Shown piece after piece: positions 37,621 to 50,520 of a stretch of DNA of 64,000 nucleotides. The stretch's first letter is position 1, and each line of letters starts with the position of its first letter. Made by a program: the position numbers and the translations under genes. The DNA is from Callorhinchus milii. Its lineage: Eukaryota. Under the pieces are notes generated by a model, which did not search any database, was not told where the DNA came from, and saw nothing but the letters and a program-made list of their open reading frames with translations. The stretch covers positions 53,320,001-53,384,000 of the forward strand of contig NW_024704745.1 in assembly GCF_018977255.1 (NCBI RefSeq), given 5' to 3'.

Positions 37621-40600
37621 CAGCAGCCTATTTCCCCTCCTTGAGATCAGGAACAAATCATTTGAGGAATATTAATGTAATTGGAACTACCATTTGCATT
37701 TTGCAGTAACTACCTGAGTGAATGGCACTGACTGACAGGTTAGTGAGAGACCATTGCACTGAATTATTGATGTGCGATTGCCTGTGCTGCTACCATGTTT
37801 CACTCTTCGCTGTGCTCTGGTTTGTATTTTTTTCTTTGTGTTAGTCTTCAATTACTATACATCTTATCGGGAGCATTATTGTCTGGAAAGGGATGGGAAA
37901 TGTCACCTGCAGATAACCTTTCAGGATCGCATTACAGTTTGTGCATGAGTGCAAATAAACAGATTAAATTGATGTTTTTTGCAGTTTGGTCCTGATGTTG
38001 AGCCTTGCTCCAAACTACCAAATAGGTACCAAGTATTGGTGTGTTTGTAGGATTGCCTTGAACTACAAAGGTTCTTTGGGAATAAGATTGATAACCATCA
38101 GTCATAAGTACATCTGATTGTATGGCTGAAAGTTGATGTAAGTCAGGGATTTGTTTGCTGGTTATGTTTCTCCTCTTTTCGTTTTTTTTGTTGCCTCACA
38201 GAAGGACAGTGGAAGGGGTAGAAGAAGGAGTTTTTTCTTGTGAACACCTCACTGTCACAAAACTTTCCATTCTGCCCTGAGATATATTAATAATCCTTGA
38301 ATTTGATATAGTGACTTTCAGGTCAGGAGGATGTCTCAAAGCAGGTTGTACTGAAAAGTGCAGCGACTGTGCATTTTGTCGCTAAATGCAACAGCCAATT
38401 TGGATTCCAAATATAGCTTTGAAGTGATCAACCAATTTTATGTGGCGATGCCTTTGTTAAAGGTAGAATAACTGATTCAGAATAAGATTGCAACCTGCAA
38501 TGCATTAATTCAACATGGGATGTGGGGGAGGGGAGATAGGATGTGGTGAACCAATCAGTGTCTTTAGTTATCAACTGACTGCAGTGACTGCATTATTATT
38601 TCAGCAATATTACAAACCAACACAGCAAATGCAATACCCATGTCAGCCAGGTGCTGTTTTTGAATTAAAACTTCTCTTTTGCACCTTGTTTCAACCTTGT
38701 TCCCATTGAAGTATTTGTCCTAATGTTGTTCCGAGATGCTGTCCGGCGTGAATAATAATAATAATCCTTGCATTTGATATAGCACCTTATCAAGTCTTTG
38801 AGACGTCTCAAAGCGCTTCACAGAATATATTGTAAAGTGAATTGATTGTATATTTTGTGGGTGAAAGTGAAGGGTGCTATATAAATGCAAGCTGTTGTTG
38901 TTCCAGTAGCTTTTCAGTCCAGAAAGAGTTTACCTGAATGAAGCTAATCCATCACCTAAGGACAAATTATTGAATCTGTTGGTGTGTTCCAAGAAAGTCT
39001 TATACCTGTATCTGCCTATTGCAGATTTCTGTGTGGATACCATCACAAATTGATTTAATAGCAACCGTTTAATAGTTCCTAATGAGCTAACTGCAAAGTC
39101 TCCGTCTTTCATCAAGATTCTCTGCAGTTTTAATCATTAATTTTGCTTGTATCCATAATGATGAATATTAGCGGCGATGTTGTAAAGGTTACTTGGTGAA
39201 ATTCCTATTGTGGTAAAATGGGATATTATTTTAAAGAAACAAAGTGTTCAAAATAGCTAAAGTAGACATAAAAAGTGTCCTGTTTTTTTAAAAGATAACT
39301 TGCAATTTTACTCATTCACGGGTAACCCTTGGCAATTCCCTCCTTCACATTGAGCCTGAATAGAACAATGTACGAAAAGGAATGCAGAAAATATAAAGTG
39401 CTGCTTTGGTTTCGTAGATCACATCATGTGACACTGAGCACACCATCAGGTCAAGAGTACTCAGGTCAAGAGTCATAGTTGGCAATTGGGTTGTCCACAC
39501 ATAGTCTGATCAGTAGCTTCTTTATTGAATTGTATGCAACATTATGGATGCCAGTCCACAAAGCAATAGGCAATATTCCACTGGTGATCCTTGCATTTGA
39601 TATAATTGGTTCATATAGGTAACATTGGTAGGATGTCTCAAAGCACTTCACATGATTTATTGTAAAGAACAGTGACTGTGTATTTCTGTAGGTAAATGCG
39701 ACCACTAATTTATGCACAACAATGTTCCACAAACAGCCATGAAGTGAATGACCAATGTTACATGGAAGATTGTTGGCCAAGACACCGGGAGAAACTCCCT
39801 TCTCTTTTCAAATAGTGCCATGTCTCCCAATACTGCATTATCCTGGCCAATAATCCCATCAATGCAGCACTCTCCTAAAACTATCCTGGCCAACAATCCC
39901 CCCAAAATAAACTTGATTATTTGTTTCATGGCTGCTTGTGGGATATTGCTGTGCGCAATTGGGCTGCCATGTTCGCCCACACAGATACACAGCCACTCCA
40001 CTTCACAATAAATTCTGTAAAGCGCTTTGAGACATCCACCCTGTGTGAAAGGCGTTGTACCAAATGCAAGGATTAATATTATGAAACACCCATTCTTCTG
40101 ACCATGCCCAAACACTTTATATCAAAAGAACATTCATTTTTTAAAATCTGATATTGATCAATAAAGCCTAGACTGTAAACTCAAGAGTCCCGATGTAGGG
40201 CCACAGCCTTCTGACTCAAAGGTGAGAGTGTTACCAGTATAACCAACTGAGTGAGGCTGATACCTGGTATTGATCAATATGTAATAAAAAAAATGATGAA
40301 TTTCCTTTTGATATAAAGTGTTTGGGCACTGATGTCAGGGGGAGAGGCCTAGATGACTCTGTACTTAACTTACTAAGCCATAGAGATCTATGAAGCCTCC
40401 AATTTCATCCTTTTGTTTTAAAAATAATGCTAACCGTAACAATTGCTATGCTTGCTTCTTCCCAGGCACAAATTATTTCCTTTATTCCTGGCATTGGGAT
40501 TATAGGCTAATACACGCTGTGCTGGGTAGAAAGTGCGGGTAAAACTCCTATATTTTTACAACAGACTGTGCGCTTGAGGCACCCTATTAGGCGTTTAAAG

Positions 40601-43267
40601 CCTGTGTAATTTATAAAATGTATAAGATTATTTTTCCTTTTTACCTAATGAAAGGTTTTGCCTTAAAGTGGATTGACTGTATTTTGTGGGCGAAATGTGA
40701 ATGTTATGTATTGATTTATGTTGGGCAGACAGCAGCAGCAATTGACATGTCAGTAGCAGATCATTTCCTTACAAATGTGCTGCACATAACATTGGTCATG
40801 GAATTTGGTAAGAAGCTCACCAATTTGTACCAATGTAAAGTGTGTGATTTAGTTCAAAGCTGGGGGAGCACTAACCTGTAACCGAAAATATAGTAGGACA
40901 ACTGCATAAGAAATTCAGCCCTTCAGTCGTATCAGTCACGGTCTGATTTGTTAGCCTTCAAATCTGTTTGGAGGCTGGGAAAAGGGATTGCTCTGAAAGC
41001 ACTTGTAGTGCAGTAATTGGCGGTGAGGAGCGCTCACATTGTGCACTTGTGACATCTACAAGCTGAGCTGAAGGGAGCTGCTAGCAACTATCTCATGGTG
41101 AGTGGAGTTGATTGAACCTTTACTTCCACCGTTTACCACAGTCTTACATTCCAGCTGACACACTAAGGTGATACCGCCTTTCACCCCTCCCCTAAAAGAA
41201 GATGCTCTTGTTCCTCTACCCAACCTGCTGACTGACAGTGAACTGACAATGAGGCCTTTACGTGGTTAATTTGAGACAAAGCCAATGTTCCATTTGCTTG
41301 TTCAGGTGGATTTCAAATATCCCAAGGCACTACCAGTGTCCTGGTCAACGATCCCTCAGATAAATTTGATCTTTCACTTCATGACTGTTTTGTGAGACAT
41401 TACTATGCACAAAATGACCTGCGCATTTGCCCACAAACCCCACAGTATATTCTGTGAAGTGCTTTGGATGTCCTCCAAATGTGAGAGGAGCTATACCAAT
41501 GTAAGGATTATTAGGATTATCAATGGGACTTGATGGTCTTCAGATCAGTGTAGAACCTAATACAGTATCATAAAAGTCATAGAGGTTAGTGTTTCCATGA
41601 CTGAAACTAGAGATGGGTGCATTTGCTCGGATCTGCCTCACACTGACTCAGTGTATTATAATGGTATAATCCTTACGTTTGATAAAGTGCTTTTTATGTC
41701 AGGAGGTCGACTAACAGGATACACTGTGAAGTGTAGTGACTGTGAATTTTGTAGGTGAATAGTATAAATTAACAGGTGGTTAGTGAGTCACTTTGTTGTG
41801 TCATCTTCCTAACCAACAGCAGAATCAAATCAGATCATTGTAAAGTGCAGTCTCATTCCTGCATTCTATTGAGAGGGGTTTGTATTTCCTTGATGTTAAC
41901 AATGATGGAAAGGCTCACTGTGTGCAGGGCCCCAGGGGAGTGATATTGGAAAACTTGCCCATTGCGGAGGGTTAAATAGGCTTGGTTTTGTGAAAATTCC
42001 ATGGATTGGATTCGACAGCCATATATAGTCAGTGGTCAGTGGAGTTGTGTATTTGTGTGTGTGTAGGGGTGGGTGAGGGATGCGTAATTAATTCAACTAC
42101 AAGCAAATTGATGAACACAGTTCCACTACAGTAGGAACTAACATTCCTTTTTTATACAACCTCAAATCACAACAGTTTAGCAGGAAGTGTAAGATAATAA
42201 GAATACTTTCTTTTTCTGTAGTGACTACGATTTTTATGACTTGGTGCCTGCAGTTACATGCAGTAAATTAGTCTTGAATGAAATAAGTTCCCAAGGGGAT
42301 TGTGGTAACATTGTTTCATAGTGAAGTCTAAAGCATGTCAAGGATAGTCTTCAGAATACAGTACACCCCCTACACTGTACTTAACCTATTGCCCTGACCA
42401 AGCTGTCTCTCAGTATGTGAAGCAGCAGTAACCAGAGTGTGGGAACAGAAATAAACAAAAAGGCATGTGAAAGAATTCAGACATCACAACTGCTTCTGAG
42501 CTTGTTCCTGGGCTGCAGCTTGTTATAGAATGAGTGAATTTTCTCTCCATAGCACGTACGTTTACTCAGCAAAACAAAAAGCCATTCGGGTTCAGTGCAG
42601 GTTGCCAATGGTTTCTGCACTTCAGACACAACTTAATAGATCTTGCCTATGAGATTCATAACTACTGTTCAAGGCTCAACAACTATCAGATCACCTCTGT
42701 GGTGCCACTATCCCTTTGTTGATGTCCTCTAGATGACATGAAAGGCGCTTTATAAATGCAATTTATTGTTGTTGTCAGAGCCCACTGCTATATCATGATA
42801 TTTGTAAAGCGTGGTTGGAAGATTGCTTTTGTTTGGGTTTGACTGATATAATGCGCCTGCTAGTACTTTTTTTTTCTCTTTCCTAAATTTAGTTTTGATG
42901 TTTTTCTTCTTCAAAGCAGTCGCCTGAAGGCGAAGAGGCATCTCAAAATCCAACACTTGCACTCTTAGACTTTTCATCTGTGGTCCTAGTTTTTCTTCCG
43001 TCAACATTTCCCCCTCTTCCCCTCTCCACACCACACTCCTGCTGAGAGGATGAGAGGGCAGAAGTGGCCCCAGAACAAATGGTGTCATCAGCCACCAGAA
43101 CCAACATCTTGTATTTATCGTTGACGTACTGATTGCAGCCTCTGGGGAAACAGCCTATTAAGGTGGATCTCAGTGACTATTTTACTTTCCATCATTCCTG
43201 CAGAGTAAAGATCCTGCAGAGTGATGGTGAAGTTACGAGCAAGGAAATAGGAAAACGTATGATTTTT

Positions 43268-43485
43268 ATAATAATAATAATAATAATCCTTGCATTTGAT
43301 ATAGCGCTTTTCACGTCGGGAGGACGTCCCAAAGCGCTTCACAGAACACACTGTAAAGTGAATTGACTGTATATTTGTGGGCGAACGCGGCAGCCAATTG
43401 CGCACAGCAATGTCCCACAAACAGTCGTAGATTGAAAATGACCAATTTTATAATTGTTTTTGGTTTTGGAGGGATTATTATTAGG
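43268..43485 (-). mobile_element. SINE family A young subfamily, 5'-truncated
   Basis: Only a handful of differences from 36927-37135, with CpGs intact. Confidence 0.88.
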
Positions 43486-44002
43486 CTCCTAATAATAGCA
43501 CCTTATCATGCTCCTTTCCCTTTACTTGTGCTATGGGATCTTTAATCTCTTCCCAGTCAGGCAGATGGATCCTCAGTTTAATGTCTCATCTAGATTAGGA
43601 TGTTATATTAACAATAAAACTGCACTAGGTTCTCACACAAACATAACAGGATGATATGATAGATCTCTGCTAAGAATATATTAAGATTATCAGATGTCTG
43701 GTTATTGGCAATGATTTGCTAATTATTGGGTGGGCGACTCTGACAGGGCTGCAATTCCACTCGAACGTACACAGTACACATAGCTACATTGATGATGTCA
43801 ACCACGTATAGCATTTTCCCCTTATAGCCACCAGAGTTGCAATGTAATGCTGACCAGAATTTCAGTCCTTAAGATAGGTGGGGGTTGTGAGTGTAATAAA
43901 CATTCTGAGAACAAATGCTAGTTTTAAGTAATAATCACTCAAAAGCGTCATAGGATGACTGTATTTGTAGGCAGCCATGACAGCTAATTTGCACATAGCA
44001 AT

Positions 44003-44412
44003 AAATAATAATAATAATCCTTGCATCATATGATTTAGGGCCTTATCACGACTTCTAGACGTCTCAAAGCGCTTCACAGAATATACTGTAAAGTGAATTG
44101 ACTTCATTTTTGTGGGCGAAACTTGGCAGTCAATTGCGCACAGCAGTATCCGATAAATAGCCATGAAGTGAATGAACAATTTTATCTGGAAAACAGAAAA
44201 TGACTTCTCTTTTCAAATAGTGCCATGGGTTCTTTAACATCCACTTGAACAGGCAGACAGGACCTTGGTTTTATGTCTCACCCGAAGGAAGGAACCACTG
44301 ACAATGCAACACACAGCCTAGAGAATATGAGCTCAAAGAACTCCTTGATGTAGGGCTTGAATCCACAACCTTTCGACTTAGAGGTGAGATTCCTACAAAC
44401 TGAACCAGGCTA
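44003..44412 (-). mobile_element. Deu-domain SINE family B
   Basis: ctcttttcaaatagtgccatggg..tttaacatccac core plus head and tail. Confidence 0.8.
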
Positions 44413-45224
44413 TACATTCCTGATGCTTTGTGTGAAAACAGAGCAAACACACTGAAGATCATTGGTGTAAGCACACCTACTCCATGGGAATCCTCAAGCT
44501 GATAGCCCAAGAGTTGAGGATTAACAGGATTTCATAGGACAAGACCATTATTTGAGATTTTTCTACGCGGTCGATTTTGGGAGAGCAGAGGGGAGGGAGG
44601 GGAGTAACAACTTCAGGCATCTCTAGGAGTAAATACTTAATGTATACAGTGCTTATTTCTGGACTTATAGTCAGTTGAATTGACTTAAAGGGTAAGTACA
44701 GCTATAAAATCAAACTGATGCACAGAATGGCCCATTTTGGTTGATTTCCTCTTGAATAAACACTGAGCTCTGCTGAATCAATGTACAGAGGCTGACAGTA
44801 CATGGGGCTGATTTACTGTGAGCATAGGCACCCTCTCATCAGCACAGCTTTCCTCTGTGCTGTTGTGCGTGTGACAATTTGTCGCCTTCATACTGTCGGG
44901 TTCAGGAACTCAATCAGGCTGCTCGCTGTATGATGATGGCATCGGCAGTCACCCACAGCAGAGGAAAGGAAACAAAAGCCAAGGATTTTAAACTGAATGG
45001 GAGTTGTTCACAACCACATTTTGTTTGTATGAAAAACAAAGGAGCAACTGATATTGGTGAGACTGTTAAAATATTGATTGCCTTGTGCTGTCAAAGTTGA
45101 AACTCCCAAATCTACGAGTGTGAAAATTGACACAGAAAGAAAAAATGTTCCAAAGTGCTTCACAAGTAATTACTTAACACTAGTGACTATAAGTGTCTGT
45201 GAGCCCACAAAATATACAGTCAAT

Positions 45225-45405
45225 CTTAATACATTCTTAGCTGCGAGATCTATCATATCATTCTTCGGTTCCGACGAAGGGTCGTGGACCCGAAACGTTG
45301 ACTTACTATCCTTTCTCCATAGATGCTGCCTGACCTGCTGAGTGTTCCCAGAGACTTCTGTTTTTGTTTCAGATTTCCAGCATTTGCAGTATTTTGTGTT
45401 TTTTT
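45225..45405 (+). mobile_element. Penelope-like element terminal-repeat fragment with 15-bp target-site duplication, inserted in a SINE tail
   Basis: gaagggtc..gacccgaaacgtt..tttctccatagatgctgcctgacctgctgagt..cagatttccagcat resembles chondrichthyan Penelope pLTRs as I recall them. It is flanked by aaatatacagtcaat at 45210-45224 and 45406-45420. Confidence 0.8.
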
Positions 45406-47419
45406 AAATATACAGTCAATTCACTTTGCAGTATATTCTGTGAAGAACTTTAAGACGTCTTGAAGAAGTGATAAGGCACTATATCAAATGCAAGGATTAT
45501 TATTATTTATTATTATTTAAACATTCAATGTAACTAAAATTGAACACCCCCACTCCCGACTTTGACACAATGGTTCAGACTGAATCTGGCCTGAGGATTT
45601 CCATGTTGGCCACTCTTTGGGTGGATCAAGTAGTGCAGAGTTTGTACCAAAGGTATTGTGGGCCAAGTGGGGGATGGGGGGAAGTTCACTCCTATAGCAA
45701 GTCAACAATTGTCAACTGATTTGATTGCACTTTAGTTGATATGATAGTCTCACGTGTTGAATTTTTCATTCCTATATTAGATTGTAATATGCCAATATCC
45801 ATCCAGAGTGTTAGGACAATTGTAACCCTGAACTAAGATCAATCTTTATTTGCCTATTTAAGCTGTTGAGACACTGGATCTCCCGAGACCAAGACTGAGC
45901 AGAGAATGAACTGAGGATAAAATGTTGTTATATCTGTTCATATCTCCATTCCACCAGCAAATGCCTCTACACGTTCCATTTCAGTATATCGATGTAATCC
46001 TCAGTCACAGGCAGAGTCGTTCTCCTGCACTCCAACCATATCCAAGTGCTATATTGAGCACAGTGATTATCCAGATACACATATCTGCTATTGGTGGATT
46101 ACAGCCTAATATATATAAAGAAGACAGAATTAAAATTCAATTTTAACCTCACCAACTGCTAGATACGAGGACAAGGCTTAAAATACGTTCTTTTGCAGAC
46201 CTTCCCTAGAGTATTCTTTTCAACACTCTATACTTGTGAGAAGGTTTTGGAAGCTCTCTAAGAAGATAGCACTGTAAGCCAGCAATATGTGGCTGTGTCA
46301 TGTCAGTGATCTGGTTCCAACCTAAATATAGAGACATTTCAGTAAAAGAGGCCAGATTATGTTGTAATTGTGACGAATATGCTGACTGATGTAGTTGATT
46401 TTTCTTTTACAAAAGTCTGGATGTATAGGTCAAAGGTAACAAATGCTGCACATGTTCTCTCTCTCTCTCTCCATCTCTTACTGCGATTGTGGTTTCTCGC
46501 AGCATTGACTCTTTCTTTGGAATTTTCCCACCCATGTACATAACGTTACCATGTTTGCCGATTATTCAGAAGTTTGTCTGTGATGTTCAAGTAATGGGAA
46601 CTTTCCAGAATAATAGTGAGGCCTGGAGGGGAATCATCTGTCAATGCCAATCTGCTCTCTTACATTCCAAGACATTATCCTCTGGAGCTACAAACGGTGG
46701 TGCAAATTAGTGTTAATTATTAAATGAGCCACTACAAAATTGTGGTTTGTTGTTGTTTGTTCTCTCTCACACCTCCCTTCATATTTTGCATGTTTCCAAC
46801 TGCCCTTTCAGGGCCAACTTGCTATCAAACTTCCTTTTCTCTTCTAAAGGCAAAGGAAGGCAGTAGTGACCCTTGTTTGACCTTCCTGTTTGTGTTAAAA
46901 TGTGTATTATCTGCTTTTTGCTTTGCTGCATTGCTGCCTCTGGAGGTTTTCAGTTGAACTGCCCCCTCCCCACCCCCTGCACAAAAATGAAGACCATTTC
47001 TAATGACTTCTGTGGCTATGGCACCTAAGTTCGCTTTCTCCTTCCCTCCTCCCTCTGCCTTGCTTGACATCCAACCCCGGCATTGTGAAGTGTTCCAAGA
47101 AATTACCCTACATGAAGGTGAAGGGTGCTATATAAATGCAAGTTGTTGTTGTTCTCCCCCTTCCTGCGTTTCCACTGCTATTTTTGCTTAACCACAACCA
47201 TTTTTGCGATCACTGATGTAGAGTTTAGGGATGGTCTGTAGCCAAAGGGTGAATGTCTCACAAAATTGGTTTAGATGAAGAAAACCTTTCAGCCCATTTA
47301 ATTTCATCTTTTCTGAATACCTACCCACTGTTCTATCACCATAGCATCAAGCTATGTCTTAAATGAGTCCAGTGTCCTAGCCTCAATGTCATTTGCTGAT
47401 AACTTGTTCCAATTATTAC

Positions 47420-47742
47420 TTAACAACAACAACAACAACAGCTTGGATTTATATGGCGTCCTTCACGCCAGAGATCAGAGAGGTAGGGACTGCAGAGGAC
47501 TGGAGGGATTTGAATACAAGGGTGAGGATCTTGAAGTCGATTCTCTCTGGGACAGGCAGCCAGTGCAGTCTGGCAAGGACTGGGGTGAGCGGGGAGTGGA
47601 GTTTGGTGGGGGTGAGAATGCGGGCGGCAGAGTTTTGAATGATCTGGATTTTATGGATGGTAGTGGATGGGAGACCGGCGAGGAGGGCGTTAGAATAATC
47701 CAGCCGAGAAGTGACAAAGGTATGGACTAGGGTTTCATCCAC
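47420..47742 (-). mobile_element. L2 fragment with internal deletion
   Basis: Translation [21 protein letters not shown]...[10 protein letters not shown]...[15 protein letters not shown] is the typical L2 ORF2 C-terminus. Confidence 0.9.
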
Positions 47743-50171
47743 TGACTAAATAAATGCTTCCTGGTACCCATCTTGAACTAGTCCTTTGTAACCGTGAATG
47801 ATCTTTTCTGCTGTCGTGGCATATCTGAAAGCATTGTTTAGGTTTACTTTCTCAATCTCATTTAAAATGTGACACATTCGCCTCTTACAGGATGCCTCTG
47901 AGGCATCTCTGAAATGCAAGTTTGAAACTTGGTCTCATTGCAGTTCTGTGAATTTTGCGTCAAGGTATAGATTGTGTAGATATACCAGAGCCTAATTGCT
48001 CAAGGCATTGCAGAACCACTTCAAAGGAAAGTAACTGTGCAATAGCATGATGATGTAAACAATTCATTGGATAGGTTTTGTTTTCATTCACTCTGTGAGG
48101 ACATGTACAGCACATCACCAGTGTCAGCTTCCTGTAAACCCTCAAATTCTGGAGTTATATTTGGTGATCTAAACGCTAAAGGTTTCTATTTTTTCAGTAG
48201 TCTTAGTGCTGACTGAGTTCAAATATGGAGAAGAGTATCAGATGTAGAAGAGTACCACAATGTATATGTGCAATTGGAAAGACCCACTATACATTGCTAA
48301 AGAACAGTAAATGTACAAATGTACTAACAAGTAGGGAATCCTCTCCCCCCACCCCCCATCCATCTTCTGTCGTTGGGGGATGGGCTGTACCTTGGCACTT
48401 TATAGCAGTCTCCTGGAGCCCAGACACAGTGGGCACCTGTTAGAATCAAAACAAAGCTGTTGTAAAGATCTGGAAAGAGCAAACAGAAGGCAATTGAAAT
48501 GCATCATTGCTGAGAGAAATGCCATGAAAAGCATTGGCATAGTTCCCCCAATGGACTACCAAATAAAGGTAAGTGTAGCAATAGGCTATATAGATCAGAA
48601 TTGTTCCAGGATCCAATCCTGATCTGCGCTGAGGTAGACTATCACAGCTGGGATTGAGGTTGGGATTTTACAATTGGTTGTAATTGGCAAGACAGGAGAA
48701 CAGCCAGTGTTTTGTTCCTGTTCACCTCCCCCCCACCCCCCATCATGATGGAGAGGACATACATGTTTGCTGGCAGGTAAGAATAGTCTCACACTTAGCT
48801 GAGATGCTCTCTCACTCTCAGATGAACAGCCAATACTAAATCTGCCTAGATTAACACATTGAGCATGGCCACTTGGGACATGTATCTGATGTCTGCTGGT
48901 GTCTGTGGAACTATACTACAGAGCAAAGCACCTTCAGGGGGCGAAAGAAAAGAAAATTGGCACATAAAAAAGGAAAGCTATTGGCATCAATTTTATCTCA
49001 TTCAATGACCGCGATAGAGAAAAACGTCTGGTTGCCCATCTCCTATGGGAAACATTACCAGCTCACGAATTGTGTAGTGTGACCCAGGTAAGTGGTCCCT
49101 GTGCATGGTGGGTGGGTGGGTTGGTGTGGGGGAGCTTCTGCTCCAAACCAGAACATTCCTTCTCATCCTTTTAGAAGTTGTGATTTTGTGCAGAATGTTT
49201 CGGATGTTAAACAAAAAAATCCAAACAACACATGCAATATAAATCATTAGACATAATTAATGCCGAATATTTAAGGCAGGGGACCAGCTATTTCTGAAGG
49301 GAACCATAGCCATTAAATCCTTCTCAGTTTGGGTGCTCCAGAGGCGTGTCTGGGAAAAGCAAAAGAAAACTGACAGCCAAAATATTAAGAAGTTTGCTCC
49401 CAGTGTAATCTCCAATCAAGTACTTAGTGAATGTGGAGGTTCTTTTGGCGCCTGTCAGATTAATGTCATCCTGCTGCATTGGATGTGGTGAGGAGGTAGA
49501 GTTAAGCAGGAGGCTGCACTGATATTAGCTGCAGTCTGCATTGACACAGAGTAATTACTGCTAGTCCATGAAGCCTGTCTACCCTGAAATGCTTAGCTTA
49601 GCTGAACGGATGAACCATTGTGGGTCGAACAATTGTTTGCAACTTGGATGAATGTGATGTTGTCATGGAAAAGCTGAAGACTTAAGGGAGACTGTGTTTT
49701 CTTGGGAAGCATGCCAACCTTATATGATTTACAACGTGGTGACTGCAGCATTATTAAAGGGAAGCAAGTTATGCAGAAGGTAATACAATACAAGGGGGAA
49801 AGAGAAGTCTACCTTTAATCATGGCCTGGGAGGATTGGCAATGTTTTGTCCCTTTGGATTTCAGAGCTTGAAAAATCAATCTGCCCTGTCCCTGTGCTGC
49901 ATTGGGAGCAGTCTTAAAAGCAAGTCATGTTTGAGTGCTTACAACTGGTGTGGCAGTTAAATTGGTCAGGCAAGACAACTCTTTGGGTGCACCTTGCTGC
50001 TTTGTGGATCAGAATTTTAAATAGGTGCGCAGTGTTGTTTCAGACATTGTAGGTTTTTTTTNAATTTTAAAAAAAGATTTCCCTTGATTTAAATTTCAGT
50101 TTCAATTTACTTTAAAACTTTTGTTCTTTGCCTGTCTCTGCTGGTACTCTTAAGGAGGACATTTTGAACTA

Positions 50172-50520
50172 TGGTGGAGTCCTGTAGCTCAGTAGTCAGA
50201 GCACTTGCCTCGCAAGCGAGAGACCTGAGTTCAATTCCCGGCAAGGCGAAATGTTGGCCAAGTTTCTTTACTTCACACACCTCTGTTTACCTAGCAGTAA
50301 GTAGCAATCCGGTTGTTAGTTGATTGCGGATCACTTTTCCGGAGGTAATAATTCCTTCAAAAAATAATGCTAAATTGGTCACTTCAATCCACGACTGTGC
50401 ACAATTGGCTACCGCATTTCGCCCACAAAATATACAGTCAATTCACTTTACAACAAATTCGGTGAAGTACTTTGAGGAGTCTCGAAGAGGTGATAAGGCA
50501 CTGTATCAAAATGCAAGAAT
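50172..50520 (+). mobile_element. SINE family A, full length
   Basis: Colinear with 54503-54872. Confidence 0.88.

Noticed and set aside
36907-43420. Recurrent short ORFs ending ...[11 protein letters not shown]
   Set aside because: Translations of the shared SINE tail, not a peptide family.
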